From NCBI RefSeq assembly GCF_009914755.1, contig NC_060938.1: 64,000 nt of DNA. One strand, 5' to 3'. This stretch comes from the human T2T-CHM13v2.0 reference genome, Homo sapiens. The translations under genes and the position numbers were made by a program. Numbering within the stretch: the stretch's first letter is position 1; the number at the start of each line of letters is the position of its first letter. The notes under the pieces were generated by a model. The model was given only the letters and a program-made list of their open reading frames with translations, was not told the origin of the DNA and did not search any database. Shown piece after piece: positions 43,112 through 58,200 of the stretch.

Positions 43112-45558
43112 GCGGCAATAATAGAACTTGTAGAACATCCTTCATTTCCTAGTTCTTTGTGCTATTACACTTTCTGCATTATATTATGTAGCAAACTATC
43201 AATATATAGATGAGGCTGTCATTTATACATGAATGCCACAGACTCCTGACTTGTCTACTTTTGGGTCACCATATTTCTTCACTCTTTTTCAATCCATACT
43301 CTTGCTACACCACATATCTGGCTGAGCTAGATATTATGAAATTGAATCTCATGCTCCTTTCTTTCTTCTAATCTCTTCTCTAGTCATTATGCATTGATCT
43401 CATGTCATACCTAAGTTACTTAGAAGGTTAATGGAAAAAACATCCTTCACTTTGAAATGTCTTTTTATATTAGTTTGTAATTTATATTCCTAACAACTCA
43501 CAAAGATATCTAGGGTCTGCAATATTTCTTATTGGAGTTAAAAGATAATATTCAGGGTAAATTAAAAATTTAACAAAATCCCATAAAGATTTAATATTAA
43601 TTAAAATAATTTTAGTGTGGAAATATATTATCCAATAATGGTTTACTTTGTGGAAAAATGTATGCAGATGTTTTTACTGTACTAGTGTTGCATTTGTTGG
43701 GTGTAGGGTTCCACACTACTAGAAATTGCTAACAAGGTTATGGTGATCGGAACTGTGTTGCACCAAATTGTTGGGCTGTGATCTTGCTGTGTTTTAACAC
43801 AATATAGTTTATATATTGTTCTCTGTTTTGTATTACTCCATATCAAATACCAAGAAGTTTTTACTTTTATTTCTAGTAATTGTTCCAATTCTCTAATTCC
43901 TTATTATTCAAAATATGTTCCATGAACAGATAACAGTGGGGTAACCTGAGAGTTTGTTAGATGTGCAGAATTCCAGGCCTACTCTCAGACCTACTGAGTA
44001 AAACTCTTATTGTTTCCCCAATGTGCCTTCTTAGCCTCTAGCCATTGCCTCAGTTTAGGGCCACTCTTCTTGGTATTCCAGACAACTGTCTAAAGGATGC
44101 ATTTAGCACATTGACATCCACCCCAACACTAATGTCCCTAAAATGAAATCTCTTGCCTTTACATTTTCAATACTGTTTCTAGACAAGTAGTCACTGAAGT
44201 AGGTTGTGGTTTAAGCTGGAGTCATTCAACTTTCTCTTATTCTTATATAATTCCTTCTCTATTTTTCACTGGTATACTTGTTCCCAGATTCTGGATGGAA
44301 CTAAGATGTCCCACAGCCTTAGGCAATTTAATGATTCTCTTGACTCTGATTAAAGGGTGTCTCATGGTCAGGAAGAGTTTAATTCTTTTTCTCCCTCTGA
44401 GTTCCACAAATAGGCAACCTACTGTCCTCTCTGGTTCATTTTACTTTTGGCTGTTCTTCTCCTCTCTTAGTTGATTCAACTTAAGAGTACTTACACTTGT
44501 CACTTACAAGTTTTAGTGGATCATATATCCTAGTGGAATATTCCACAACTAAAAATTTTGGTTACATAGAATCATTACCCTTCCAATTAAAATGCAAGTT
44601 ACTATGAGAAAATAATTTCTTAAAATAGAAATCAAATTTCATATAAATTATAATTTAAACTCTGTTTGAATTTTATTATTAATGGTTCTCTAGAAAGAGT
44701 TTAATTAACATTGGAGTTTGATCTACATATTGAGCAAATTTACTTATTAAAATGGAGTTCATATGTATTGAGCTAATTTATGCTAAAGGGAAATATTCTG
44801 TTTAGTAATTTGAATTATATTTCTAAGGCAAATAGTTTCACACTTTTCTAAGGCTAGGTGAATATACAAAGTGATAGAATTAGACCAACTGTAAGAATGA
44901 ACAGATCTGACTTTTTTTTACACTATGAAGCAACAGTGTTCTCTAAATAGCAGGGTGCTTTTTGTGACTTCTTTCCTTTAAAATGCTGTTTTCATAAGTC
45001 AGAGTAAACTGTATCTACTCAATATAATTTTGCTGAAGTCAGCAGTCCTAGTCCTAGACTTATTATCTTCAATTTATTACCTGTGTTTGGTGAAATTGAA
45101 CAAAGTTTGTTTTGATATTTTATTCTGGATTTACCTTGAGAGTTCACTATGAGAACAAGAAACTTTATTAAAGGTAACTGAATTCTAGGGTTTATAAAAA
45201 TAAGTTGAAAAAACTCTGAAACGCTACAATTTAAATTTCTTAGTATGATCATTTGTACCTTTCCTTGCCATTATAAGCCATTCCAGTTTAGGCTATAAAT
45301 TCATAGTGCAAGATAATGAAGCCATTAGATATAACAAATCATGTCTAAAAGGGAAAGAAAGTTTTCTTCTTTTAAAAAATATTCCCCTTGGGGTCTAATT
45401 TTGATGGAGTGCTCCAATAAGCCTGTCTGTAATCTTAGGTCAAATAATAAAATCCCTCCCATAGATGGACGATTACTAGGAATTGCTACAAACTCCAATG
45501 CCTTCAGGGTCAGGAAGTTCTCTAGATCAGATACAGACTGGGTGTAGAAGGCATGTGA

Positions 45559-45958
<400 letters not shown>

Positions 45959-46569
45959 TTCAGAGATCATTTTTGCTATTAAAGTTGCTTAATAACAAAG
46001 TTGATATTTTATTTTTATCAGTTTTTCAGGAAAATTCAGCAATTTTCCTGCTCAATTTTAAAAGTTTTTTTAAGAGACTCATATTTGTGGGCATTTTTGC
46101 ATAGTGCTGGCCTGGGAAGTCTTTATGGTTAGTAGGACTGACCACAGAAGGGTGATTTTTTTAGTGCTTTACCTACAGATCCTAATCAAAAATAACCTTG
46201 CAGGCAATAAAACAGTAATTGCTATAGTGGTAGAAACTTTTATTTAAGGATTATAAATATTACCCTCTAATAATCTGGTGGTAAGCAGGAGATCTGAAAG
46301 CTCCTGTTGACATCAAAAGTTATCATGTGGCCCAATAAGCAGACGATACAAGTCACAGAAGGAAAAGAAATGGAAAGGTCCAGAACCTTGGACAGAAACT
46401 TCACTTCTAACCACACTGACTAGATGTGTTTATTAATCCTTCAGTGAGGAGGGATTTGCTTTGTGATTAAACAAGACTGCTTCTGAATTGTATATAGTAC
46501 AATTAATTGCCTCTGTGCCTAAGTTAATTGTTTGATATGTAACATTGGTAATGAGTATGTATAAAATAG

Positions 46570-46800
46570 AGGCAGCAGCTTCTCATGAGTATGAGCCCTA
46601 GAGTCAGACTGCCTGGCCCTGCCTTACCCTAGCTATGTGACCTTAGGGAAATTATTTTACCTCTTATTCCTCAGTTCTCAGTCTGTAGCTAAAGATAATG
46701 AATATTTATTTTCATAGGGTTATGTAAAAATTAAATCAGCTAATATAAGTAAAGCTCTTAATAAAGTGCCTAGAATAATGTAAAAAACCATTAAGCAAAT
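46570..46800 (+). mobile_element. MIR
   Basis: GAGTCAGACTGCCTGG..CTAGCTATGTGACCTTAGGGAAATTATTTTACCTCT..CCTCAGTT..TCATAGGGTT. Confidence 0.78.
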
Positions 46801-48776
46801 GACAGGTTAATAATTTTTAGTAAATAGACAAATGTAGTTTATTCATTATGTTATTTAAACTTATGGTGATTGTTATTTACAATGCCCAGACTTAGTAAGC
46901 TCCATTTGGGAAGTACAAATCAGGTGAAAAGTGAATGAAATGAGTCGTACTAACCACAATGATTTCTAAGCCAGTCCAAAAATGGCTACACATTTGAGTC
47001 ACTTAGAAAACTTTTACAAACAGAACACAGGGGCCCACTCCATCTTTACTCAAACTGTATTTCTGAGAATGGTTCTCTGAAAGATTTTCAGACAAGAATC
47101 TACAGATCTTGGAATTAAAAATTGATATTCAAGACCACTAGTGAGTTCTAACCATACCACAAATCCTCTTACCAGAGTTGCACAAAGTTAGGTTTTGATG
47201 GGTTATTGTATGTTACTACTGAATATATAACATGGTTTAGTTCTTTGAGGCATTATTTTCACCATTTGGAGTAGATATATCAAGGTTAAAAATGTTTAGC
47301 TTAGGTAACTGAGTCATGGACAGTAGGTTAGGTTTCTACATTCACTTAGAACATTTCTCCATGCATTAAAATAAGCAGGCAAAATTCTATCAGTCTCCAT
47401 TCTGTGGTGATGGTGTTTGTGTGTGTATGTGCGTGCACATATGGATATTTATTATGTTAAATATGTCCACATATTTAGTAACTTTTGCTCATGACACTGT
47501 CTCTTCTGAGAGACGCAGTCCTACACTATAATTGGGCAGTGGACGGACTGGGAATAGACAGTTTACCTTAAAGGAAGACCATACACCGTACGGTAATTTT
47601 TGAGGTAGCCTGCTTTGACATGTTCCTGATATATGATATTAATAGGGAGCCTCAGATATGAAGGAAAAAAGTAGTTCTTAGAATCATTATCAGAAAAACA
47701 TGGTAGAAAATATTTAAGAATATTACCTAAGCTAACTAAAATTGCTGTTCTTTCAAATAGTGTGGGAAATATTTAATTAAATCACTAAGTCTATTTTCCC
47801 TCTGGAATTAGCACTCATTATAAGTGTATAGGTTGATGGATTTGGAGAATTGTTTACAGTCATGTAACCATTATCACCATCAAGATAGAGAACTATTTAA
47901 TTAGCAAGATACAGAAGTACAAAGAAGACTGGCTGGCTGGTGATGAGTAGTGAACCATGGAACAGATGTATAGAAATATTCAAGAGTGTAGTGGAATCAG
48001 TTAATGGTAAAGTCAGACGTTGCCACTTAGCTCTCCTCCTCTTCACTTCACCCATTGGACAGTCAGTCCAAAGAAACTCAAGGACTAATCACACATAAAC
48101 CAGCAGTAAAGAAACTGAGCAATAGCAACATCAGTAGATATTCAGAGGAGAGAGAGAGACAACATTAGCAGTGTCACTGACCTAAGCACCGTAAGAAGGA
48201 TAAATGTAAAGTGCAATAGCAGAATAGCCAAACATTAGAGCAGAACTGCCATTTTACCCTTTAGTAAACCCCTATCATTTGGCCAGAGTCTTTCTTTGAC
48301 TAAATGGGAAAGAGGAAATGTTTTAGAGTAATCAAACACTTCTGTATCTGGCTGGTGAAATAGTTCTGTATCTTGCTGGTGATGACTGTATACGATTTTC
48401 CAAAGCCATCAACCTATACACCTATAATGATTGCATTTAATATAACATAAATTATACCTCAATAAAGTGAAATTAAGTTTTTAATTAATTTATTTTAATA
48501 TAATGTATTATTTAATCTTAAATAAATCCAGCCAAAAATATATATTTAAAAGCCTTGACAACTTTAGCTGTAGGAAAGTAAAAGTTTGGGTTAGATGTTT
48601 GTGTTTCACTGGGAAGCCTAATTATATTGTAACTTGAAGTAGAGGGACCTATGAAATCATTGGTTGCAAAAAATGGAGGTAAGCTAGTAGCCAAAGTATC
48701 TTATAGAATTAATACTATAGGCACTTTGTAAAATATTTATTTACAGAGTGCACTGAGAAATTAACTGTGAGAATGA

Positions 48777-49139
<363 letters not shown>

Positions 49140-50039
49140 TGAATTGTTTTAAAGTTTAGAATACTTTGGAGAAGGTATTTTTTTTTTTCTGGTTCTCTGG
49201 TAGATTTGATAGAATGAAAGCTGTTTGTCTTCTCAATAACTAGAGATAACTATTTTCTAAACTTTAATATTTCAAAGCCACCAACTACATTATATTTACT
49301 ATTGACTATCCGTTTCACAGGTTAACTTACAGTTTTTGTTTCACATAATTCACTTCTTTCCAAGTAACACTCAAAATTACTTGTGTAGTTATTGCAAATT
49401 TCAGTTTAGCTGGTAGGCCCAGTAAGTGCATTTAAAAATAGAAAATGGTCAAACCTGACCTTTGGATTCAGATAGCCGAGGGGTAATTGCATTGAAATCA
49501 TTGCCCTTCCAAGGAAGAAATGCTTGCTGAACATTGACCCCCTGCTTAAATAAAATGGGGTTATTTTTTTCTTACCAGGTGAATCTTTTGACACTTTGAT
49601 GCCAAGTGTCATTACCTCTGTCTAGTCTGTGAATTGCTGAATTCTCCGTAAGTGTGATTTAATAGCCTGAATCTGTCATGAAATATTTATAGCATTTTTG
49701 TGCTTTGAAGATTTTGAATTTTACTTATATCTATATTATTAAAGAAATGCCCTATATAGGAGATGCCACAATGCCACAAGATAATATGATAGTATTTATC
49801 TTGTGTAAGTACAATTATTCTGGTACAAGTGTATTTTGGGTCTTTTTATGGAGATAATGTCTAGTGAAAAGTCAAATACTTAAAAAACCATGTAAGCATC
49901 ATTTTTATGAGCTTTAAAAGGATGATCCAACAGAGAAGTAAGCTTAGCATTTTTAAATAAAATTTTAAAACTAAAATTTAAAAGCAGAATTGGGTAAGAT
50001 TCTGAGAAACAGATACAAATAATGTTCTTTAAGTTAAAA

Positions 50040-51672
50040 AATTTTAATTGACATAATATTTGTACATATTTATGGGGTACATTGTGATGTTTCAAAACAT
50101 TTATACATTATATAATGATAAAATTAGAGTAATTAGTAAATCTGTCACCTCAAACACTTATCATTTCCTTTTGGTGATAAGATTCAAAATTCTCTTTCAG
50201 CTGTTTTGAAATATACAATACATAATTGTTAACTATAGTCACCCTACTGTACAACAGAACACCAGAACTTATTCTGTCTAACTGTTGGTTTGTACTCTTT
50301 GACCAACCTCGGCCCATCTCCCCACTCCCTACCCCTCCCTAGCCTCTGGTAACCACTGTTCTACTTCTATGTGATCAACTTTTTTATATTCCACATATGA
50401 GTGAGATTATGCAGTATGTGTCTTACTGTGTCTATCTCACTTAACATATCCTTTAGGTTCATCTATGATGTCTTTAATGATGGAATTTCATTTTTTATGG
50501 CCAAATAGTATTCCATTATATATAGATAATAGATTTTCTTTATCCATTCATAAATTAATGGACACTTAGGTGGTTTTCATATCTTGCCTATTTTGAACAG
50601 TGCTGGAATAAACATGGGAATACTGATATCTCTTAAAATACTGATTTCATTTCCTTTGGCTATATACCCAGTAATGGTATTGCTGGATCATATGGTAGTT
50701 CTATTTGTAATTTTTATCTCCATACTGTTGTACATAATGGCCATACTAATTTATATGCCCACTGACAGTATGTAAGTGATACAGACAGGAGGCAGGGAAA
50801 TACTGGGTAGAAGAGGGTGGTTCCTCAGCAAAGGCCCCACTCTCAAGCCTGGAAACCACAGCCCTAAGTGAGAACAGTTTTCTCTGTTTTCTACCAAAAT
50901 GTTGCCTTTTTTGGCCTGTCCTGCCCCCCATCCTGTGCCCACAGATACCCCAGACTTCACCTGGCAAAGAGACAAGTAGCTCAATGTCAAGAGAAGTAAC
51001 TGTGCATCAGAGACTATGGATAGATGTGGCTTAACTTCAGACTGCATGACTTCAGAGAGGAACCCAGATGGAGATGGCTGGACTTCAGGGAAAGATCACC
51101 TTCTTCCCACACCATCCCCTTTCCAGCTCCCCTTCTGCTGAGAGCCACTTCCACTGCTTAATAAAATCTCCACATTCACGATCCTTCAAGTCCATGTGAC
51201 CTGATTCTTCCTGGATGCTGGACAAGAACCTGGGTACTAAGAGGGAGCGTGTAAAAGGTTGTCACCCTGACTCTCCACTGAGCTGTTTAACACTTAGCCA
51301 TCTGTGGGTGTCAACTGCTAAAAAAAAGCATTAATTGTAATGCACTCCTAGATGCAGCCATGGGGCATGAGCCCAGAAGCACTTTCCAAAGCCCTGGCAC
51401 CCACTTGCCTGTGTGAAGGGTTGAGCCCATCAGGTTTGAGCGAGTGAAGTTTGTGCCTGCCAGCCCCAAAGAGGGCAGGTGGACCCGGAGCTGGTGCACT
51501 CAAATTCCCACCTGTGAAAGGGCCAAGGGAACTCTCCCATCTCATAAGAAATCCTTAATCTCTACATCCTCATCAACACTTGTTATCAGTTGCCATTCTC
51601 ATAATGGATATTTAACTGGAGTGAGGTGATATCTCATTGTGATTTTGATTATATTTCCTGATGATTAGTGAA
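50040..51672 (-). mobile_element. L1MA 3' end fragment, split by MER50
   Basis: TTTAATTGACATAATATTTGTACATATTTATGGGGTAC L1MA terminus; the L1 resumes after 51548. Confidence 0.85.
50777..51544 (+). mobile_element. MER50 solo LTR
   Basis: TGATACAGACAGGAGGCAGGGAAATACTGGG...CCCATCTCA with perfect 4-bp TSD TAAG. Confidence 0.9.
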
Positions 51673-52012
51673 TATTTATTGAGTACTTGTATTTATTGAG
51701 TATTTATTGAATATTTGTTGAGTACTTATAATTATGCCAGGCACTATAATAGTTACATATACATTAATGAATATACTTCCTAATCCAAAGAGAGTATTTT
51801 CTGTTCTTTTTACTATATTACTTGTGTATGTATATGTATGTATGTCTGTATATATAACTATTTTCATTGTGTACTCACTGAGTGCTCAGGCACTAATCTA
51901 AATATCTTACATGAAGTAACATATTTCATCTTTACCACAAATCAATGAGGTAGGTCATAGTACTGGTTACCACTTATCATTTAATGTTAAGGGGAAGGAC
52001 ACCAAAGCATAG

Positions 52013-52370
52013 AGCTATTGTATGAATGTTTGTGTCCCTTCAAAATTCATATATTGAAACCTGATCACCTGTGTGATGGTATTAGCAGGTAGAGCCTTTG
52101 TGAGGTGATTAGGTCGTGAGGAAGCAGCTCTCATAAACAGAATTAATGCTCTTATAAAAGAGACCCCAGAGAGTTGCCTTGTTCCTTCACCATCTTGAAG
52201 ATGCAGCCAGAAGGTGCCCTTTAGAAGGTAGAAAGCAGGGCCTCAACAGACATTGAGTCTGCCTTGATCTTGGAATTCCCAGGCTTCAGAACTATGACAA
52301 TAAATTTCTGTTGTTCGTAAGATACCCAATTGATTGAATTTTGTTACAGCAGCCCAAACAGGCTAAGACA
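52013..52370 (+). mobile_element. MLT1A-type solo LTR inserted in a MIR (51870-52440, - strand)
   Basis: Homologous to 37130-37497; MIR-like sequence on both flanks. Confidence 0.83.
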
Positions 52371-52736
52371 GAGAATTTGAGGGCCTTTTACATTTCACCC
52401 AGCTGGTTGAACTCAGACTATTCTACAGCTAATGCTCTTTTCCATTACAGTCTAGTTGTATATTGGATATCAAAAGCGAAATTCAATGGTTATGTCATTT
52501 AAAGGAAAATGTATAAACAATAATCTAAATTATTTAAAATTTAAAATTTAAAATTCCAGTTTTCTCTACTAATTCCTTTTAAACTTTAACTGCTTTTGTC
52601 TGAACTCATAAAGTAACCGTTTTTATATTCAGGTTATACATTCATATTTTAGAATTATATATTTTACTGTTTATCTAAACGTGCAATCCAATTAAAGTAA
52701 CATTTTCATTAAAAAAAAAAAAAAAAACTTTGAATA

Positions 52737-53052
52737 GCTGGGTGTGGTGGCTCACGCCCATAATCCCAGCGCTTTAGGAGGCCAAGGCAGGAGGATTGCT
52801 TGAGCCCAGAAGTTTGAGACCAGCCTGGGCAACATGGTGAAACCTCATCTCTACAAAAAAATACAAAAATTAGCCAGGCATGGTAGCATGTGCCTGTAGT
52901 CCCAGCTTCTTGGGAGGCTGAGGTGGGAGGATCACCTAAGCCTGAGAAGGTTGAGGCTGAAGTGAGTCATGATTGTGCCACTGAACTTCAGCCTGAGTGA
53001 CTGAATGAGACCATGTCTTAAATAATAATAATAACAATAATAAAATAAAACA
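52737..53052 (+). mobile_element. AluJb-like
   Basis: GGATTGCTTGAGCCCAGAAG and GGTGGGAGGATCACC, an (AAT)n tail, and flanking AAAAA..TGAATA repeats. Confidence 0.9.
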
Positions 53053-53089
53053 TTAAAAATCTGAATAGCATTTTTCCTGCTCAGTACTC

Positions 53090-55296
53090 TTTTATTTTTG
53101 AGTGATAATTGATGAAAGTTATATATACATATATATTTAAGGTATGCACTATGATGATTTGATATATGTATATATTGTGAAAGAATGAGCACTATTGAGC
53201 TAATTAACATAATTGTCATTTCACATAGTTACCATTTTTTATGGTGACCTCATTGAAGATGTATTCCATTAGCAAATTTCAATTATCTAAAACATTGTTA
53301 TTAACTATAGACACCGTACTGATCATTATGTCTCCAGAACTTACTCATTGTATAACTGAAAGTTTGTACATTTTAACCGACATCTCTCCATTTTCCCCAT
53401 GGCCTAACCCTAGCAAGCATTCTTCTACTTTCTGTTTCTGTGCATTTGACTTCTGTAGATTTCATATATAAACAAGATCATACAGTATTTGTCTCTCTGT
53501 GTCTGGCTTATTTTACTTAGCATAATGTCTTCCAGGGGCAGACATGTTGTTGCAAATAGCAGGATTTCCTTCTTCTGAAGGCTGAATAGTATTTCAATGT
53601 ATGTGTGTGTGTGTATATCACATTTTAAAAGATCATTCATCCATCAATGGACACAGATTGTTTCCAAATTTTGGGTATGATGAATAATGCTACAATGAAC
53701 ATGGGAGTGCAGATATCTTTTCAAGATAATTATTTTATTCTCTGGATAAATACCCATAAGTGGGATTGATGATTTAATATAATTTGATTTTCAATTTTTT
53801 GAGAAAATTCCATATTTTTCATAATGCCTATAGCATCAATTTACATTCCTATCAACAATGAATACAGGTTCCTTTTTCTTCATATCTTCACCAACATGTG
53901 TAATCTTTTGACTTTTTAATAATAGTGATCTTAAGAGGTGTGAGGTGATAACTCACTGTTTACATTTTTATTTCCCTGATGATTAGTGCCGTTGAGCTTC
54001 TTTTTGTATACTTGTTGGTCATTTGTATGTCTTATTTGAAAAATATTTATTCAGGATATCACCCATTTTAAAATCAGGTCATCCTTTTACAATTAAGTTG
54101 TGTGAGTTACTTATTTTTTTGGATGTTAACTGCTTCTCAGATGTGTGGTTTGCAAACATTTTCTCTCATTCTGTAGGTTGTCTTGTCATTTTGTTGAGCA
54201 TTTTATTTTATGTGCAGAAACTTCTTAGTTTGATGTAGTTTCACTTGTTTGTTTTTGCTCTTGTTGCCTAGAATTTTGGTGTCATATCCACAAAAAAAAA
54301 ACAACCCAAAAAACACTGCAAAGACCAAAGTCATGGAGCTCTTTGTCTATGTTTTCTTCTAGGAGCTTTACAATTTTAAGTCTTATTTTTAAGTCTTTAG
54401 TCCATTTTGAGTTCATTTTGTGCATGGTGTTAAGGTAAGGATCTAATTCTATTTTACTTTTTACCTGTAGATTTCCAGTTTTCCCAGTTTATTGAAAAGA
54501 CTGTTCTTTCATTTTGTGTTCTTGTTATATTCTTGACACCTTTGTTGAAGATTAGTTGACTGTATCTGAATAAGTATATTTTCTGGTCCTTACATTCTAT
54601 TTAATTGGTCTATGTGTCTGTTTTTATGCCAATACCATACTGTTTGAATTACTATAGCTTTGTAATATAATTTAAAATTAGCAAGTGTGATGCTTCCAGC
54701 TTTGTTTTTTTTTAATTTTTTATTTTTTTGCTCAAGATACACATTTTAGAACTTTTTTCTGTATCTATGAAATATGCGATTGAAATTTTAGTAGAGATTG
54801 TGTTAAATTTGTATATTGCATTAGGTAATATGGACGTTTTAGCATTGATACTTTTGGCCTATAAATATGGAATATCATTAAATTTCTTTGTGTTTTTTAA
54901 AATTTCCAACATCAATGTCTTATAGCTTTTGTGAATAGATCTTTCATGTCCTTGGTTAAATTTATTCCTAAGCATTTTATGTTTTTGGATTCTATTGTGA
55001 ATGAGATTGCTTTCTTAATCTAATTTTTTGGATATTTCACTATTATCACATAGAAATGCAACTGATTTTAGTATTTGGATTTAGTATCCCATCACTTAAG
55101 TAAATTACTTATTAGTTCTCAAAGCTTTTTGGTAAAGTCTGCAAAATTTCCTAGATATAAGAAAATGTTTTGTAATCAGAGACAACTTTACTTCTTTCTT
55201 TCCAATTTGGATGACTTCTATTTCCTTTACTTGCTTAATTTTCTCTGGCTGAGACTTCTAGAGTCTATGTTGAATAGAATGGCAAGAGTTGGCACT
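53090..55296 (-). mobile_element. L1MA8/9-like 3' portion
   Basis: L1MA 3'UTR plus degenerate ORF2 (KKEILLFATT..LEDIMLSKISQ.Q.DKYCMI). Confidence 0.87.
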
Positions 55297-58200
55297 TGCT
55301 GTGGTGTGAATATGTCTCCCAGAAGTTCATGTGTTGGAAACTGAATTGTCAAAGTAACAGTGTTAAGAAGTGGTGCCCTTGTGGTAAGTATCATGAGAAC
55401 AGAGTCCTCAAAAATGGATTAATGCTGTTATCCTGAAAGTTAGTTCTTGCAGGAGTGATTTAGTCCTCTTGGGAGCGAGTTAGTTCTCATGGGAATTAAT
55501 TAGTTCACACAGGAACAGGTTGTTATAAAAGTTAGTTTGGCTTGCTATTGCAGTCCCTTTTACACATTCTTGCCCTCTTACCATGTTTTGATCTAGTAAA
55601 AAGATCCTCACCATATCTGGTGTACCTTGAACATCCCAGGCTCTAGAATGGTAAGAAATAAATTTCTCTTCTTTTAAAATTACCCAGCATGTGATATTCT
55701 GTTACAGTAGCAGTGAAATAGACTGTTCTTGTACTGCTATAAGAAATACCTGAGATTAGGTAAATTATAAGAAGAGAGGTTTTATTGGCTCATGGTTCTG
55801 AAGGCTAAAGGAAGCATAGTGGCATCTGTTTATGGGGAGGCCTTAGGAAGCTTCCAATCATGGCAGAAGGCAAAGGGGTAACAAGTACATCATATGGAGA
55901 AAGAAGAAACAAGAGAGAGGGAGGTGCCACACACTTTTAAATGACCAGATCTCATGTGAACACAGAGGTAGAGCTCACTTATCACCAAGTAGATGGCCCA
56001 AGCCATTCATGAGGGATTGGCCCCCATAATCCAAGCACCTTCCACCAGGCCCCACCTCCAACACTGGTGATTGTAATTCAACGTGAGATTTGGATGGGCA
56101 CAAATACTGAAACTGAATCATGTTGCCCCTTGCCTCTCCCAAATCTCATGTCCTTCTCACATGGCAAAATACAATCATGGCTTCCCAATAATCCCCCAAA
56201 GTCTTAACTCATTCTAGCATTAACTCAAAATTCCAGGGTTCAAAGTCCCATCTGAGACAAGGCAAATCCCTTCCACCTATGAGACTGTAAAATGAAAAAA
56301 TAAGTTAGTTACTTCTAAGATAAAGTTGTGGTGTAGGCATTGGGTAACAAAAGCTCCATGCAAGTTTGAAACCCAGGAGGGCAGTCATTAAATCTTAAAC
56401 CTCAAAAATATTATTTTATAACTCCATGTCCTACACTCAGGACACACTGGTGTAAGGGGTGGGCTCCCAAGGCCTTGTGCATCTCCCTGCCTAGGGCATT
56501 GCAGGGTTTGGCCCCTGAGACTGCTCCCATAGGTTCTTGAGTGCCTGTAGCTTTTCCAAGTGCAGGGCGCACACCACTAGTAGATCTATAATTCTTGGGT
56601 CTGGGGGGCGGTGGCTCCTTTCTCAGAACTCCACTAGGCAGTGCCCCACTGGGGACTCTGTGTAGGGGCTCCAACCCCACATTTCCCCACTAAACTTCCC
56701 TAATAGAGGTTCTCTGTGGGGGCTCTACCTCTGTCTGCATCAGGCATCTGCCTAGGCACACAGGCTTTTCCATACATTCTCTGAAATATAAGCTGAGGCT
56801 GCAAAGCATTCTTCACTCTTGCATTCTGTGCACCTACAGACTTAAAGCCACCTGGAAACCACCAAAGATTATGGTTTGCATTCTCCAAAGTGACAGCCTG
56901 AGCTGTATCTGGACCCCTTTAAGCCCCAGCTAGAGCTGGAGCAGCCAGGATGTGGTAACCAGTATCCCAAGGCTGCACAGAGCAGCAGGGCCCTCGGTCT
57001 GGCTCATGAAATCATTCTTCCCTCCTTGGCCTCCAGGCTTGTAATGGGAGGGTCTGCCACAAAGGTCTTTGAAATATACTTCAGGTCTTTATCATATTGT
57101 CTTGGCTGTCAGCACTTGGCTCCCTTTAGTTATGCAAATATCTCTAACAAGTGGCTGCTCCACAGCCTGTTTGAATTCATCTCCAGAAGTAGCTTTTTAT
57201 TTTCTTGTCACATGGCCGGTCTGCAAACTTTTCAAACTTTTATGCTCTGCTTCCTTCTTAAGCATATGTTCCAACTTTAAGTAATTCCTTTGCTTCTGCA
57301 TCTGAGCACGGGCTGTTAGAAACAGGCCACATCTGGAACACTTTGCTGCTTAGACATTTTTTTCCACCAGATACCATAAATCTTCTCTATGAGGTTCAAA
57401 CTTCCACAGATCCCTAGGGCATGAACAGAATGCAGCCAAGCTCTTTGCTAAGGTATAACATGTATGACATTTGCTCCATTTCCCAATAAGATCCTCATTT
57501 CCATCTGAGACCTTGGCAGCCTGGACTTCACTGTTCCTATCACTATTAGCATTTTGATCACAATCATTTGAGCAGTCTCTAGGAAATTCCCAACTCTCTC
57601 TCATCTTCCTGTCTTCTTCTAAGCCCTCCAAACTCTTCCAACCTCTCCCCATTACCCAATTCCAAAGTGGCTTCCACATTGTTAGGTATCTTTATAGCAA
57701 TGCCTTACTCATCAGTATCAATTTTCTATATTAGGCAATTCTTGCACTGCTATAAAAAAATACCTGGCACTGAGTAATTTATAAGAAAAGAGGTTTTATT
57801 GGCTCACAGTTCTGAAGCTATTCAGGAATAAAAGCAGCATCTGCTCCTGGGGAGGCCTCAGGAGGCTTCCATTCATGGTAGAAGGCAAAGGGGAAGCAAG
57901 CATATCACATGGCAAGACCAGGAGCATGAGAGAGTGAGTTAGAAGGTGCCACACACTTTTCAATGACCAGATCTCATGTGAACTGAGTGAGAGCTCACTT
58001 ATCACCAAAGGGATGGCCCAAGCAATATATGAAGGATTTGCCCCCATGATTCAAATACCTCCCATCTGGCCCCACCTCCAACATTGGAGATTACAATTCA
58101 ACATGAGATTTAGGTGGGGACAGATATCCAAACTACATCAAGCATAGTACAGACTAAGAGAAAAACTTGGTCCTGTGAAGGGAAGCCATTGTTATGACAT